From Mobula hypostoma (Eukaryota): 64,000 nucleotides of DNA. The translations under genes were made by a program, and so were the position numbers. Shown here piece after piece: positions 12,000 to 28,689 of this stretch. The DNA lies in NCBI RefSeq assembly GCF_963921235.1, contig NC_086107.1, forward strand, positions 114,888,001 to 114,952,000, read 5' to 3'. The notes under the pieces were generated by a model that made no database searches, was not told the origin of the DNA, and saw only the letters and a program-made list of their open reading frames with translations. Every line of letters begins with the position of its first letter. Position 1 is the first letter of the stretch.

Positions 12000-12960
12000 A
12001 CAGAACGGAGTTCCACACATCACCGAGCTGGCCTGTCCGCTGACGGTGGCAGGGATCTTTCTGGACACAGCTATCAAATTCCACCTTATCTAAACCTTTT
12101 GCCCTCCGGATGCTGACATCTCTCATGGCAACAATCCTGTTATCTTTGTACTTCCCAAAATCTTACCTCCCGATCTGTTCCTCGTGTCTCTGTTGCTTTT
12201 GGAGGATCTACAGAATGCTCCTACTCGAGTGATTTTGCTCTCCCCGTTTCTGATTTCCACCCGCATTCACTCAGTGCATTAACCTGCCTCAACATCTTCC
12301 CTTTCTGCAGCCATGATGCTGTTCCCCAGTACCTATCCTTCCTCAAGTCTCTCTACACGCTGCACCTACCTGTACATCTTCTGAACCATCACTCTCGTTC
12401 CCATCGCCCTCCCAAACTGGCTTAACTCCCCCCAAAGCTCTCGCAAATCTACCTGCAAAAGGTATTGGTCCCCTCAAGTTCAGTGCAACACACCTTTTTT
12501 TACATGCCACACCTTCTCCGGAAGAGATCCCAATGATCCACAAATCTGAAACCCTGCCCCCTGCACCAGATCCTCAGCCATGCATTAATTTACCAAATCA
12601 TCCGAGTTTGACCCTCACCGGTGCGTGGCATGGGCATCAATTCAGAGATTACTACCCTGGAGATCCTCTGTTTCAGCATCTCCCTTAACTCCCTGCATTC
12701 TCTCTTCAAGATATCATCTCTCTTCCTAACTATGGCGTTGGTACCAATGTGTACCACGACTTTCAGCTGTTCACCCTCCCCCTTTAGAATGCTGTGGACG
12801 CAATCTGAGACACCCCAGACCCTGGCACCTGGGAGGCAACATACCATCCGTGTGTCTCTTTCCTGTCACAGAATCTCCTATCTGCTCCTCTGACTAGTGA
12901 GTTCCCTGTCACTGCTCTCCTCTTCTCCCCACGATCCTTCTGAGCCACAGAGCCAGATCC
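12000..12960 (-). mobile_element. CR1 LINE fragment (ORF1 esterase-like and start of ORF2)
   Basis: CCLPGARV...VVVHIGTN...SRVVIS is the SGNH-like ORF1 of CR1; decayed; boundaries approximate. Confidence 0.7.
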
Positions 12961-12996
12961 CGTACCAGGGAGCTGGTTGCTGTGTCCTGCCCCCAC

Positions 12997-14950
12997 AGTA
13001 CACCCGTTACCAAGTCCACCTGTACAACAGTACACTCATTACTGAGTACACCTCTACAACAGTCCACCTGTACAACAGTACACCCGTTACCGAGTCCACC
13101 TGTTACTGAGTACACCTGTACAACAGTCCACCTGTACAACAGTACATCTGTTACTGAGTCCACCTGTACAACAGTACACCTATTACTCAGTACACCTCTA
13201 CAACAGTCCACCTGTACAACAGTACACCTGTTACTGAGTCCACCTGTACAACAATCCACCTGTACAACAGTACACCTATTACTGAGTCCACCTCTACAAC
13301 AGTCCACCTGTACAACAGTACACCTGTTACTGAGTCCACCTGTACAACAGTACACTCATTACTGAGTACACCTCTACAACAGTCCACCTGTACAACAGTA
13401 CACCCGTTACCGAGTCCACCTGTTACTGAGTACACCTGTACAACAGTCCACCTGTACAACAGTACACCTGTTACTGAGTCCACCTGTACAACAGTACACC
13501 TATTACTCAGTACACCTCTACAACAGTCCACCTGTACAACAGTACACCTGTTACTGAGTCCACCTGTACAACAATCCACCTGTACAACAGTACACCTATT
13601 ACTGAGTCCACCTCTACAACAGTCCACCTGTTACTGAGTCCACCTGTACAACAGTACACTCGTTACTGAGTACACCTCTACAACAGTCCACCTGTACAAC
13701 AGTACACCTGTTACTGAGTACACCTCTACAACAGTCCACCTGTTACTGAGTCCACCTGTACAACAGTACACTCGTTACTGAGTACACCTCTACAACAGTC
13801 CACCTGTTACTGAGTCCACCTGTACAACAGTCCACCTGTACAACAGTACACTCGTTACTGAGTACACCTCTACAACAGTCCACCTGTACAACAGTACACC
13901 TGTTACCGAGTCCACCTCTACAACAGTCCACCTGTTACTGAGTCCACCTGTACAACAGTACACTCGTTACTGAGTACACCTCTACAACAGTCCACCTGTT
14001 ACTGAGTCCACCTGTACAACAGTCCACCTGTCACTGAGTACACCTCTACAACAGTCCACCTGTTACTGAGTCCACCTGTACAACAGTCCACCTGTTACTG
14101 AGTCCACCTCTACAACAGTCCACCTGTTACTGAGTCCACCTGTACAACAGTCCACCTGTTACTGAGTCCACCTGTACAACAGTCCACCTGTTACTGAGTC
14201 CACCTGTACAACAGTACACCTGTACAACAGTCCACCTGTTACTGAGTCCACCTGTACAACAGTACACCTGTTACCAAGTCCACCTCTACAACAGTCCACC
14301 TGTACAACAGTACACCTGTTACTGAGTCCACCTGTACAACAGTCCACCTGTTACTGAGTCCACCTGTACAACAGTACACCTGTTACTGAGTCCACCTCTA
14401 CAACAGTCCACCTGTACAACAGTACACCTGTTACTGAGTCCACCTGTACAACAGTCCACCTGTTACTGAGTCCACCTGTACAACAGTACACCCGTTACCG
14501 AGTCCACCTGTACAACAGTACACCCGTTACCGAGTCCACCTGTACAACAGTACACCCGTTACCGAGTCCACCTGTACAACAGTACACCTGTTACTGAGTA
14601 CACCTCTACAACAGTCCACCTGTTACTGAGTCCACCTGTACAACAGTACACCTGTACAACAGTACACCTGTTACTGAGTCCACCTGTACAACAGTACACC
14701 CGTTACCGAGTCCACCTGTACAACAGTACACCCGTTACCGAGTCCACCTGTACAACAGTACACCCGTTACCGAGTCCACCTGTACAACAGTACACCCGTT
14801 ACCGAGTCCACCTGTACAACAGTACACCTGTTACTGAGTACACCTCTACAACAGTCCACCTGTTACTGAGTCCACCTGTACAACAGTACACCTGTACAAC
14901 AGTACACCTGTTACTGAGTCCACCTGTACAACAGTACACTCGTTACTGAG
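12997..14950. repeat. 16-bp two-monomer minisatellite (~120 units) with higher-order duplications
   Basis: Monomers T(A/C)CACCT(G/C)TACAACAG and T(A/C)CACC(T/C)GTTAC(T/C)GAG; blocks recur at 320 bp (13021/13341) and 240 bp (14581/14821). Confidence 0.93.
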
Positions 14951-14959
14951 AGCAACTGC

Positions 14960-17745
<2,786 letters not shown>

Positions 17746-17981
17746 TTCCTCATCCCCCTCCCATCACAACTATCTCCCTCCTCCACTGTCCCTCCCCTTT
17801 ACTTCTCTCCCTTCCCAATCCCACACTTGCTCCCCCTCCTACACATGGAGGGGGTTGGCCAGGCTTCCCGAGGGCTCCAGAATGACCCGTCCTCCCACTA
17901 ACACACCCTTTCCACCCCTCTCCACTCCTTCCACCTTCCCTCTCACTCCCCCCCAGCACTCTCTCCCTCCTCCCCTACCTA

Positions 17982-18170
<189 letters not shown>

Positions 18171-18173
18171 TCA

Positions 18174-18761
<588 letters not shown>

Positions 18762-20461
18762 CTACCTGATCAGGGCATTGTCCCTCACAAGCCTCCTTGA
18801 GGGATTTCCGCCACCCCTGTTCTCAGCCTTTGGCCGATCCAAACTTGCTGACCCAGATTCCCATCTGAGCCAGTTCCACTTGCACGTCTGGCCCCTGTTC
18901 CCTGTATCTTTCCTATCCATGTACCTACCTGAGTGTGAATGTTATTAATGCACCTGTATCAACACCTTCCTCCGGCAGCTCACTCCAAGACGGACCAGAC
19001 TCTGGGTGAAAAAGTGACCACTTTAAATCCTTCCTCCGTCACTTTAAATCTGTATCTTCAGGGTTTAGACACTGGGTGAGAAAGACTGTGACTGTCCATC
19101 TTTTCTATACCCCCCTAGTGATTTTATTAACCTCTGTCAATTCTCCTCAACCTCCTTCACTCCAGGGAAAACAGTCCCAGCCTGTACATTCTCTCCTTAT
19201 AACTACACCCTCCAGTCCCAGCAACGTCCATGTAAATATTTTCTGTTTCCTCTCCAGCTTAATCCCAGCCTTCCTACAGCAGGACGATCAAAACTGAATG
19301 CAATACTTGAAGTTTGGTCTCAGGAATGGTTTGTTGAACTGCAATGTTACATGGAACATTCCAGAACAGTACAGGCCCAATGGACCACAATGTTATGCTG
19401 ATATTTTAATCTACTCTGAGATTAATCAAACCCTTCCCTCCCACACAACCCTCCACTTTCTATCATCCATATATTCTCCTAATGTATCTGCCTCTGTCAC
19501 AGTGTGTTCCATACACCCACCACCCTCTGTGTGAGAAAACTACCTCTGACATTCCCCACTATACTTTTCTCCAGTCACCTTATAATTATGCCATCTCGTA
19601 TCGGCCACTTCCACCCTGGGGGAAAAAATCTCCTACTATACTTGTCATCTGTGCCTCTTATCATCTTGTACACCTCTATCAAGTCTCCTGACACTGTCTT
19701 CGCTCCATCTACCCTCATACAACATGCTCTCTCACCCAGGCAGTGTCCTGGTAAATATCCTCTGCACCTTCTCTGCATCCTTCCTTAAGTGAGGTGATCA
19801 GATCTGAACACAATATTCCAACTGTAGTGTAACCAGGGTTTTATAGAGCTACATTACCTTGTGGCCCTTTAACTCAATATCTCAACAAATGAAGGCCAAA
19901 ACAAATACACCTCCTTAATCACTCTATCAACTTGCACGCAACTTTGAGGGATCTATGATCATGTATTCCCAGATCCCTCTGTCCCTCCACACTGCTAAGG
20001 ATCTGGCCATTAACCTTTGTCTGATCTTGGCATCCCAACCCTATCCTGTCTACTTCCAACACCACTTTCAGGGAACCATGTACCTATTCCGAATGTCTCT
20101 CTGTTCTACAATACCTCGCACAGCCCTGTCGCTCACTGTGTGAAGTCCCCGGTTTGTCTTCCCAAGTTGCAACTCCCCACACTAGTCCGAGCGAAACTCC
20201 ATCTGCTACTCCTTGGCCCACATCCCCAGCAGATTCAGAGAAGCCTCTTCACTGTCCACTGCACCATCGATTTTGATCTGATGTTGGCAGAATCTCAGAT
20301 GGCAACGAGGAGGCGTACAGGGGTGAGGTTGATTGGCTGATTGAGTTTTGTCTGAACAACAACTTTCGTCAGTAAGACCGAGAGATTGATTGTGGACTTC
20401 AGGAAGGAGAAGTTGCGAGAACACGCTCAAGTCCATATCGAAAGTCAGCGGTGGAAATGGT

Positions 20462-21005
20462 AACAAAACAACAGGAATTCTGCAGATGCTGGAAATTCAA
20501 GCAACACACATCAAAGTTGCTGGTGAACGCAGCAGGCCAAGCAGCATCTATAGGAAGAGGTACAGTCGACGTTTCAGGCTGAGACCCTTCGTCAGGACTA
20601 ACTGAAGGAAGAGTGAGTAAGGGATTTGAAAGCTGGAGGGGGAGGGGGAGATGCAAAATGACAGGAGAAGACAGGAGGGGGAGGGATAGAGCCGAGAGCT
20701 GGACAGGTGATAGGCAAAAGGGGATACGAGAGGATCATGGGACAGGAGGTCCGGGAAGAAAGACGGGGGGGGGGGTGACCCAGAGGATGGGCAAGAGGTA
20801 TATTCAGAGGGACAGAGGGAGAAAAAGGAGAGTGAGAGAAAGAATGTGTGCATAAAAATGAGTAACAGATGGGGTACGAGGGGGAGGTGGGGCCTTAGCG
20901 GAAGTTAGAGAAGTCAATGTTCATGCCATCAGGTTGGAGGCTACCCAGACGGAATATTATATATATATAAGGAGAGGAGAGGGGGACAAGGGGGCGAGGA
21001 ATATA
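20462..21005 (-). mobile_element. Penelope-like 3' fragment inserted in a Rex/L2-like LINE remnant
   Basis: 11-bp TSD GTGGAAATGGT at 20451-20461 and 21006-21016; carries a hammerhead motif at 20564-20599. Confidence 0.75.
20564..20599 (-). ncRNA. Minimal hammerhead ribozyme motif (core intact, G-U at base of stem II)
   Basis: AGTC-CTGACGA-AGGGTCTCAGCCT-GAAAC-GTC-GACT. Confidence 0.65.
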
Positions 21006-23456
21006 GTGGAAATGGTGTTCAGCTTCAAGTTATTGGGCATTATCATCTCAGAGGTTCTGTCTTGGGCCGAACACATTGATACAGTCATGAAGAAGGCATG
21101 CCAACAGCTCTAGGAGTTTTGGAATTGGTGTGTCCCCCGCAGATGTACAGTGGACACTATGCTGACTGCTCGCAGCACCGTCTGCTGCGGAGGCCACAAT
21201 GTACACAATCGCAAAAGGCTGCAGAGGGCTGTAGGCTGTTGGCTCCATCACGGGCACAACCCTCCCCACCATCGAGAGGCAGAAGACGCCATCAATCACT
21301 AAGGACCTTTACTACCCGGACATGCTCTCTACTCATTACTGCATCAGGGAGGAGGTACAGGAGCCTGAAGACACTCACCTCCATCCCCTCTGCAGTCAGA
21401 TTTCTGAACGGTCCGTGAACACTTCTGTGCTATTCCTCTTTTGCAATATATATTTATTTGTTGTTATTTATGGCAATTGTACTGACTGCAGTGCCATCAC
21501 AAAACTACAAATTTCACAATGTGTGTCAGTGAATAACAAACCTGATTCTGAACTTACTCACCGTGACTGTTGTCATCTAGACCATTAACGTAGATGACAA
21601 ACGACAGAGAGCCCCACACAGGACTCCAGTCTGAGAAGCAACCCTCCACTCTCTCCCCTCCCACTGAGACAATTTTATGTCTGCGGCCCCAGGATCTTCC
21701 GGGCTCTCACCTCCAGACCGGCGTATGATGCGGGATCTTGTCAAAGTCTGTATGGACAACCACCCGGCCCTCGTCGGTCCTCTGTCATCTCTTGTGAAGA
21801 CACAAACAAATCTGTGGGACACAATTTCCCACGCACAAGGTCCTCTATCGTCTTTCATTATATCATACCCATCAGAACCCTCTCTGTACTTCCATACTAC
21901 TGGTGTTAGACTCACTGACCTGTAGTTTCCTCGAATGTCCTTACTGCTGTACTTGATAAAGGCTCAAGAACGGCCCTCCTCTCGCCCTTGGCTGACGACG
22001 ACACAGATATCTGTTGTGACCTCATAAAGTTCCTCCTTGGCTTCCCTCATTGACCTAGGACACAAATATGGTTAGTTTCCAGGGATTTATCCAATGCTTT
22101 TTGTAATGTGGGTATGTACCAGGACATCATGATTTCCATCCCTGAATTCCAGAGCCACCAAGACATTTTTCACGTTAAATACACACGTGACGGCTGCAGA
22201 GAGTTGTGGACACAGTTCAGCACACCATGGACACCTGCCTCCCCTCTGTCTCCATTTCCCGCTGCCTCTGTAAAGCAGACGGCATAATTGACGACCCCAC
22301 CCACCCCAGACATCCACCCTTCTCCCCTCCCATCAGGCAAACTATCCAAAAGCCTGAAAGCAGATACCAGCAGGCTCAAGGGCAGCTACCCTACTCTTCT
22401 AACCCTATTGACCAGACCACTGGTACGATAAAATAGACCTTAACCTCACAATCTACCTGCCCGTGGTCCCTGCACTGCACTCTCTCTGTAGCAGTAACCC
22501 TTTATTCTGCATTTTGTATTGTTTTACCTTGTACTACCTCGATGCACTGTGTAACGATCTGATTTGTATGAACGGTATGTAAGAAAAGTTTTTCACTATA
22601 TCTTGGTACATGTGACAGTAATAAATTAATTCTATTTCTAATATTCACGTGTACATCTAAAAGCCTCTTAAAACTGCCATTGTCTGCCTTCACCAGCACC
22701 CCTGACGGCACATTCTGGGCCCATCACACTCTGGGTGGGAAAAAGCTTGCTCCGCCCATCTCCTCTGAACTAGCCCCACTCACCTTAGACCAATTCCCCT
22801 CCGTGTTTGACACTCCCACTCATGGAGGAAAGAGGATTCTGACTGTCTACTCTGTTTACACTCCTGATAATTTCATAAATTCTTCCCCTCTGCAATCAGA
22901 TTACTGAATGGGCAGTGAACACTGAACCCATGAAAACTACTTCACCACTTTGTTCCTCTTTTCACTCCACTTATTTAATTTAACTTTTTACATAAATGTA
23001 TATATATATAAACACCCTGGGAAAGGTTTGACTGCTAACGGAATGGTCTGTCTGTAGAAGCAGTGTTTGGGTTACGGTTCGAGATAACTGGTGCTTTGGA
23101 ACGTGAGCCATCCAATGAATGGAGTCTGTTTTTGTGTTGTGTGCCTGACACTGGGGTGAGCTGGGCTTTCGTTCAGCGCAGGATGAAGGGAGAAGACGCC
23201 GGAGAGAAGAGTCATAGGACTCGACCCGGAGCAGGGCCACGATCCGACGAAGGCCAAGGAGATCGAAGGAGATTCGGTGAAGGGGAAACTGTGAGCTCCG
23301 GAATCAGAATCAGGTTTATTATCACCGGCATGTGACGTGAAATTTGTTAACTCAGCAGCAGCAGTTCAGTGCAATATATAATCTAGCAGAGAGAGAAAAA
23401 ATAATAAATAAAATAAAACATAATAATAAATTAAAAAGTAAATCAAGTAAATCCAA

Positions 23457-23568
23457 ACAACAGGAATTCTGCAGATGCTGGAAATTCAAGCAACACACAT
23501 AAAAGTTGCTGGTGAACGCAGCAGGCCAGGCAGCATCTCTAGGAAGAGGTGCTGCCTGGCCTGCTGCG
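23457..23568 (-). mobile_element. Short fold-back Penelope-like insertion
   Basis: 14-bp TSD TCAAGTAAATCCAA at 23443-23456 and 23569-23582; 24-bp inverted repeat 23516-23539/23546-23569. Confidence 0.75.
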
Positions 23569-24279
23569 TCAAGTAAATCCAACTTGTGCACATTAGATTG
23601 TTTCATTAAAATGGGCCCTTTTTTTTGCTTTCTCTTTACTTTTTCCTTTAGTCAAATTAAGAATTATAAAGCTAAATCATTTAATTCTATGAAGTGCACT
23701 GTCTGTAATTTCGAGGTACTGATTTGTAACAGGATAACAGATCACCCAGCATCCACACAAACGCTCACACCCCAGTCTCACACGTTTGGCGGGGCCAGAG
23801 ATTGTCTCCCCTAGAGTTACACAGCCGACAGAACCAGAGTGTTTCATATAGATAGATACACACACACAGACACACACAGAGACAGACAGACACACACACA
23901 CACAACTCAAAGTCCAACCCTACGTCCCCGACAAGAAAGACCGGCCATCAGAGCTCTGGTGAAGCTGTATAGACCAGCCCCTGTACAGTGGACACAATGG
24001 ATTACAGATTGTAATCTTCCGTGGGGGAGGGAGGGAAATTATATACACGTATATCCACCCTGAGAACTAGTACAGTAGAGGAGCAGGAATACATGAGACA
24101 TGGGTGAGGCCCAATCTGGTGCATGGGGCAAGTACCCACAACACAGCTCGTCTTCTGCTGAGCGAACACGGGGGGGGGGGGGGGGGGGCATTGACTCCAA
24201 ACTGGACGATGCGTCACACTGGCCCCTGATGGAGCGCACCGGTTCTCATGCCTCCTTCCCGGCAGCTGTAAACAGGCAA

Positions 24280-25680
24280 CACCGTGGTTTGGGGCCTAGT
24301 CCTCGTACAAACTAGACAGCGAGCACGTTGAGGGCTTCCTGACCAACCGACCATAACAAGTAGCAACAACACCTCTGCTACAGAAGTTCTCAACGTGGGC
24401 GCACCACCACTCGCCCTCTCCTCTACTCCCTACACTCTCATGTCTACACCATACTCCCTATACGTCTGTGCATGGCCAGACGTCTATGACAAGGCTGCAG
24501 ATGACACCACTGAGGTGGGCCATATCTTCAATAACCATGATGAATTACTGTACAAGAAGGAGATAGGGAGCTTCCTGCCATGATGCCTTGGTAACCTTTC
24601 TCTTCTTTGTCAGCAAAACCAAAGAGCTGGTCATTTCTTCAGGAAGCGTGTGCCGTGCACATGCTCCTGTCTAGATCAATGGGACTGAAGCTGAGAGGGT
24701 TCAGAGTTTCAAATTCCAAGGAGCGAATAGCCTCTCGTAGTCCAACCATGATGATGTCAAGGCCAAGAAAGCTCACCAACGCCTGTACTTCCTCAGGAGA
24801 CTAAAGAAATTTGGCATCTCCCCATCAACCCTCACCAATTTTCACTGACACAACACAGAAAGCCGCCTATCCAGATGCATCATGTCTACACTTCCCGCCG
24901 CCTCAGGAAAACAGCTACACAATCAAAGACCCCCACCCCAGACAACCTCTCGTCTCCCTTCTTGCACTGGACACAAGATCAAACACCTGAAAGCACCTTT
25001 CACCAGGCTCAAGGATAGCTCCAATCCCGCTCTCGTAGACGACTGAACACCCCCCTCGTATAACAGGACAGACTCCTGAGCTCACAATCGACCTCATCGT
25101 GGCCCTTACACCTTATTGTCTGCCTGCACTGTAACTGTGACACTTTATTCTGCACTGTTATTGTTTTCCTTGTAGTAGCTTAATGTACGGTGTAACAAAC
25201 ACTGTGCAAGACAAGTTTTTTTTTGACTGTATCTCAGTACGGGACAATAATAAACCCTTTCCAATTATAAAAGGAACCACAGGGAGTTGTGGACACAGCT
25301 CACCACATCATAGAAATCAGAATCCCCTCCATGGACATTTCTCACTGCCTCAGTCCCCTCCCACCTCAGACATTCTTCTCCCCCTCCCCATCAGGCAGAA
25401 GATTCAAAAGCCTCCAAGCATGTCCCACCAGGCTGAGGCATAGCATCTACCCTGCTGTTATAAGACTACTGAATGTTCCCCTGGTATGATAAGATTGACT
25501 CAAGACCTCATAATCTATGACTGTGGCCCCTGGACCATATTGTCTGCCTGCACAGAACTTTCGCTGTAGTTGTGACACTTTATTCTGTTAATGGTTTACC
25601 TTGTTCTAGTTCAATGCATGTGCATGAAAGATATGCGAGGCATGTTTTTCGCACTGTATCAGTGATGCAAATTAGTAACT
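24280..25680 (+). mobile_element. Decayed Rex/Babar- or L2-like LINE fragments
   Basis: ADDTT..G.I RT remnant and KAHQRLYFLRRLKKF-like coding sequence at ~24770; similar tails at 22190-22630, 28000-28680, 32370-33330, 44670-45340. Confidence 0.6.
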
Positions 25681-25959
25681 TACAAAATACACACTTGTCG
25701 GACTACTCTGACACCTCCTCTCTAACCACAGTGTTTCTCCAGACCCAGCAAAATGAGGGCAGTGGGTGAAGGCATACCATGCTCCCTCCACTGGAGCTAT
25801 TTCCATATAATGGAACTCCCTCTGACCATGATGCCAAAGGATCCCACAAAAGGGGCAGAAGTGGTGCAGGGTCTCACCCCTATTGTTTCGAGGAGGGTAT
25901 GATTGTGGGGTTGGATGATAATTATTGGCATCACCCCCCCCCCAACTCCACCTTCTCAA

Positions 25960-26480
25960 GGGTATTGTGAACAGCTTTGGGCCCCTCATCTTAGAAAAGA
26001 TGTGTTTGCATTGATTCCAGGAATGAAAGGGTTATCATCCGAGGAACACTTGGTGGCTCTGGGTCTGTACTTGCTGGAATTCAGAAGGATGAGGGTGGAT
26101 CTCATTGAAGCCTTTCAAATGTTGAAAGGCCTAGACAGAGTAGATGTGGAAAGGATGTTTCCCATGGTGGGAGAGTCTAGGACAAGAGGGCATAGCCTCA
26201 GGATAGAGACTCACCCTTTCAAAACAGAGATGTGGAGAGATTTCTTTGGCCAGATGCTGGTGAATTTGTGGACTTTGTTGCCACATGCAGCTGCAGAGGC
26301 CAGGTTGGTTGGTGTATTTAAGGCAGAGGTTGATAGGTTCTTGATTGGACATGGTATCAAAGGTTACAGGGAGAAGGCCAGGAAATGGGGTTGAGGAGAA
26401 TAGAAAACAAAAGGATCAACCATGATTGAATGGCAGGGCAGATTTAATAGGCCAGATGGCCAAATTCTGCTCCCACCTCT
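25960..26480 (+). mobile_element. CR1 LINE 3' fragment
   Basis: LGLYLLEFRRMRVDLIE..KGLDRVD..RTRGHSLR. Confidence 0.85.
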
Positions 26481-26589
26481 TAGGGAATGAGCTGACAAAG
26501 CTAACAGTGACGTCAGGATCTGGGAAATGGGACATTGATAACCCTTAGTAACTGGAGGATCACGTTAATGGTCTTGTCTAGTCTACTGT

Positions 26590-27680
26590 TGTTGGCCAAT
26601 GAATCTGATACCTATTGAACCCACCCCATCAACTTCAGTGACTCCTACAAGGCAGCCAGTGTGATTGGATGATGAGGAGACAGTGACATCACTAGGTAAT
26701 GACTGACCAGTGACCGCCATTGGGCCCCTGTGTTTCACCAATGACCCTCGTGGCCATGTTGTTCTACCAATCGGTTCCTTGTGAATGGTCAATAGCCTTA
26801 CGTGATTGGCCAGTGACCCCGTGACTCCATTGATCAGGTGAGTGGCCAATTACCCTAGCGACAAACCGAGGACCCCACCCGTACCTCACGGTGATTGGCT
26901 AAGAGCCCGCAGAGCCAGCTACCGCAGATGCGACCTTTCCCTCGTCACATGCCACCCGCTCCTACCTCACTCGTTTCCCCGAGGCCTCACCGCCACCGCC
27001 CCGGGCACCCGCCTCGCCGCACGGCCGCCGCCATGGCTGCTCCCATCGCAACCGCCAGCCCCGCCCCTCCCTCGGACTGACGCGCTGTCGGCAAGTCCAA
27101 TCAGGCACGCAGTTGCCGCGCCGCTCGACCAATCGGCGGCCAGGGACCGCCCTACGCCGAGGCATCACGTGGTGCTCTATTTGAATAGAAGGCAGAAACT
27201 CGGGAAAGTCTGCAGATGCTGGAACTCCAGAGCAACACACACAAGATGCTGGAAGAACTCAGCGGGTCAGGCGACATCTACGAAAATGAATAAACAATTG
27301 ACGTTTCCCGTTGAGACCCTTTTTCAGGACTCTCCATGTAAAGCCCGTCGGGCGGTGACCCCCCCCACCGCGCACGTGCGATAGGCAGTCGGCCAATCGG
27401 TGGCAGAGTTTGAATCGCCATTCACCAATCGATGCAAAGGGGCGGTACTAAAATAGTCACATGACTATGGCTGATTGGTCGGCCTGACTCTTGTTGACCG
27501 GTGGCTCAAACAATTGGATTGTGGCGTCTGACACCGTTGACCAATGAGGAAGCAAGCATAGGGCGGGATACGCCCGGATGATAGACAGTTCTTACAGCCT
27601 ATCTATTCGCGATTGCTGTCAGTATTAACGAATTGGTGATAACGTTGCCGGAGGGGGGCGGATCCTGAAGTAGCCTCGGG
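26590..27680 (-). promoter_or_regulatory. CpG-rich, CCAAT/GC-box-rich promoter and probable 5' non-coding first exon (~26966-27090) of MAPK7
   Basis: CpG-dense core 26930-27170; about 16 CCAAT/ATTGG boxes; GGGCGG boxes near 27440, 27560 and 27655; candidate minus-strand donors GTGAGG/GTAGGA at 26990, 26970, 26965; the ATG exon has an acceptor, so an upstream exon is expected. Confidence 0.6.
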
Positions 27681-28689
27681 AAGCTCAAGTTGTTGGCAGA
27701 TAATGTGAACAATCAAGTGTGGCCAAGAACTGTTAAAGTTGTATTTACCTTACAGGACACATTTTAACAATATTTGATAATTTAGAGATTTAATATTAAA
27801 GCCGATTAAAGACGACGTGTTGCACAGGCGCGCAAGAGTGGACGCGGACGCGAATGTCCACTGCGGGGCAGAAGCGCGCACAGCATTGTGGGTATTGTTG
27901 TCCTTGTTGACTTTAGGACATGACTTGGAAGCCGTGGTTGGCTGGTCATCTGAGCAATTGGTCCTCCCCTGGACCCAGTGATTGGCCAATGACATATACC
28001 AGGACCATTAACTTTGTCTGTGCTTCCTGCTGCCGCGGTAAAGCAGCTAGTATAATCAAAGACTGCACCCATCCCGGACATTCTCTCTTCACTCTACTCC
28101 CATCGTGCAGAAGATATAAAAGCCTGAAAGGATATGACACCGGATTCAAAGACATCATCTATAAGACTATTGAGCAGTCCCCCAGTACAGTGAGATAGAC
28201 TCCTGATCACTCAACCTATCCCGTATTGATTTGATCTGTATAAACAGTATCCAAGTCAAGTCGTTGATTGTCTTTTAACTATATTTATATAATTCCAGAA
28301 CTATACAATGTATATAGAAACGAGATAGCGTTTCCCGAACCAGGGAAGCACGTTAGTACACATTACATACGATAACTTAAGAAGGTAAGGATAAAATTAC
28401 AAACTTTTCAAACTTTTTACTGTATCTTAGTAGATGTGACTATAATATACCAATACTAGTTATGATCTTGCACCTTATTACCTGCCTGCTCTTTCTGTGT
28501 AACTGCGCACTTTATTCTGCACTCTTACTATTTTCTTTTATTCTATCTCAATGCACCTGTAATGAGATGATCTGTATCAAAAGCATGCAACGACAATCTT
28601 TTCACAGTACCTCAGTACATATGTAACAATATAACAATAACTTACAATTTACAATAATAAACTGATACCAATACTTTGCAATTTCAAAG

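Noticed and set aside
12909..14347. Cys/Thr-rich ORFs in the 16-bp array
   Set aside because: Translations of a minisatellite inside a MAPK7 intron; no exon signals
27810..27890. Possible structured RNA (AGTGGAC...GTCCACT stem)
   Set aside because: Only a 7-bp stem in GC-rich sequence; no match to an RNA family I recognise
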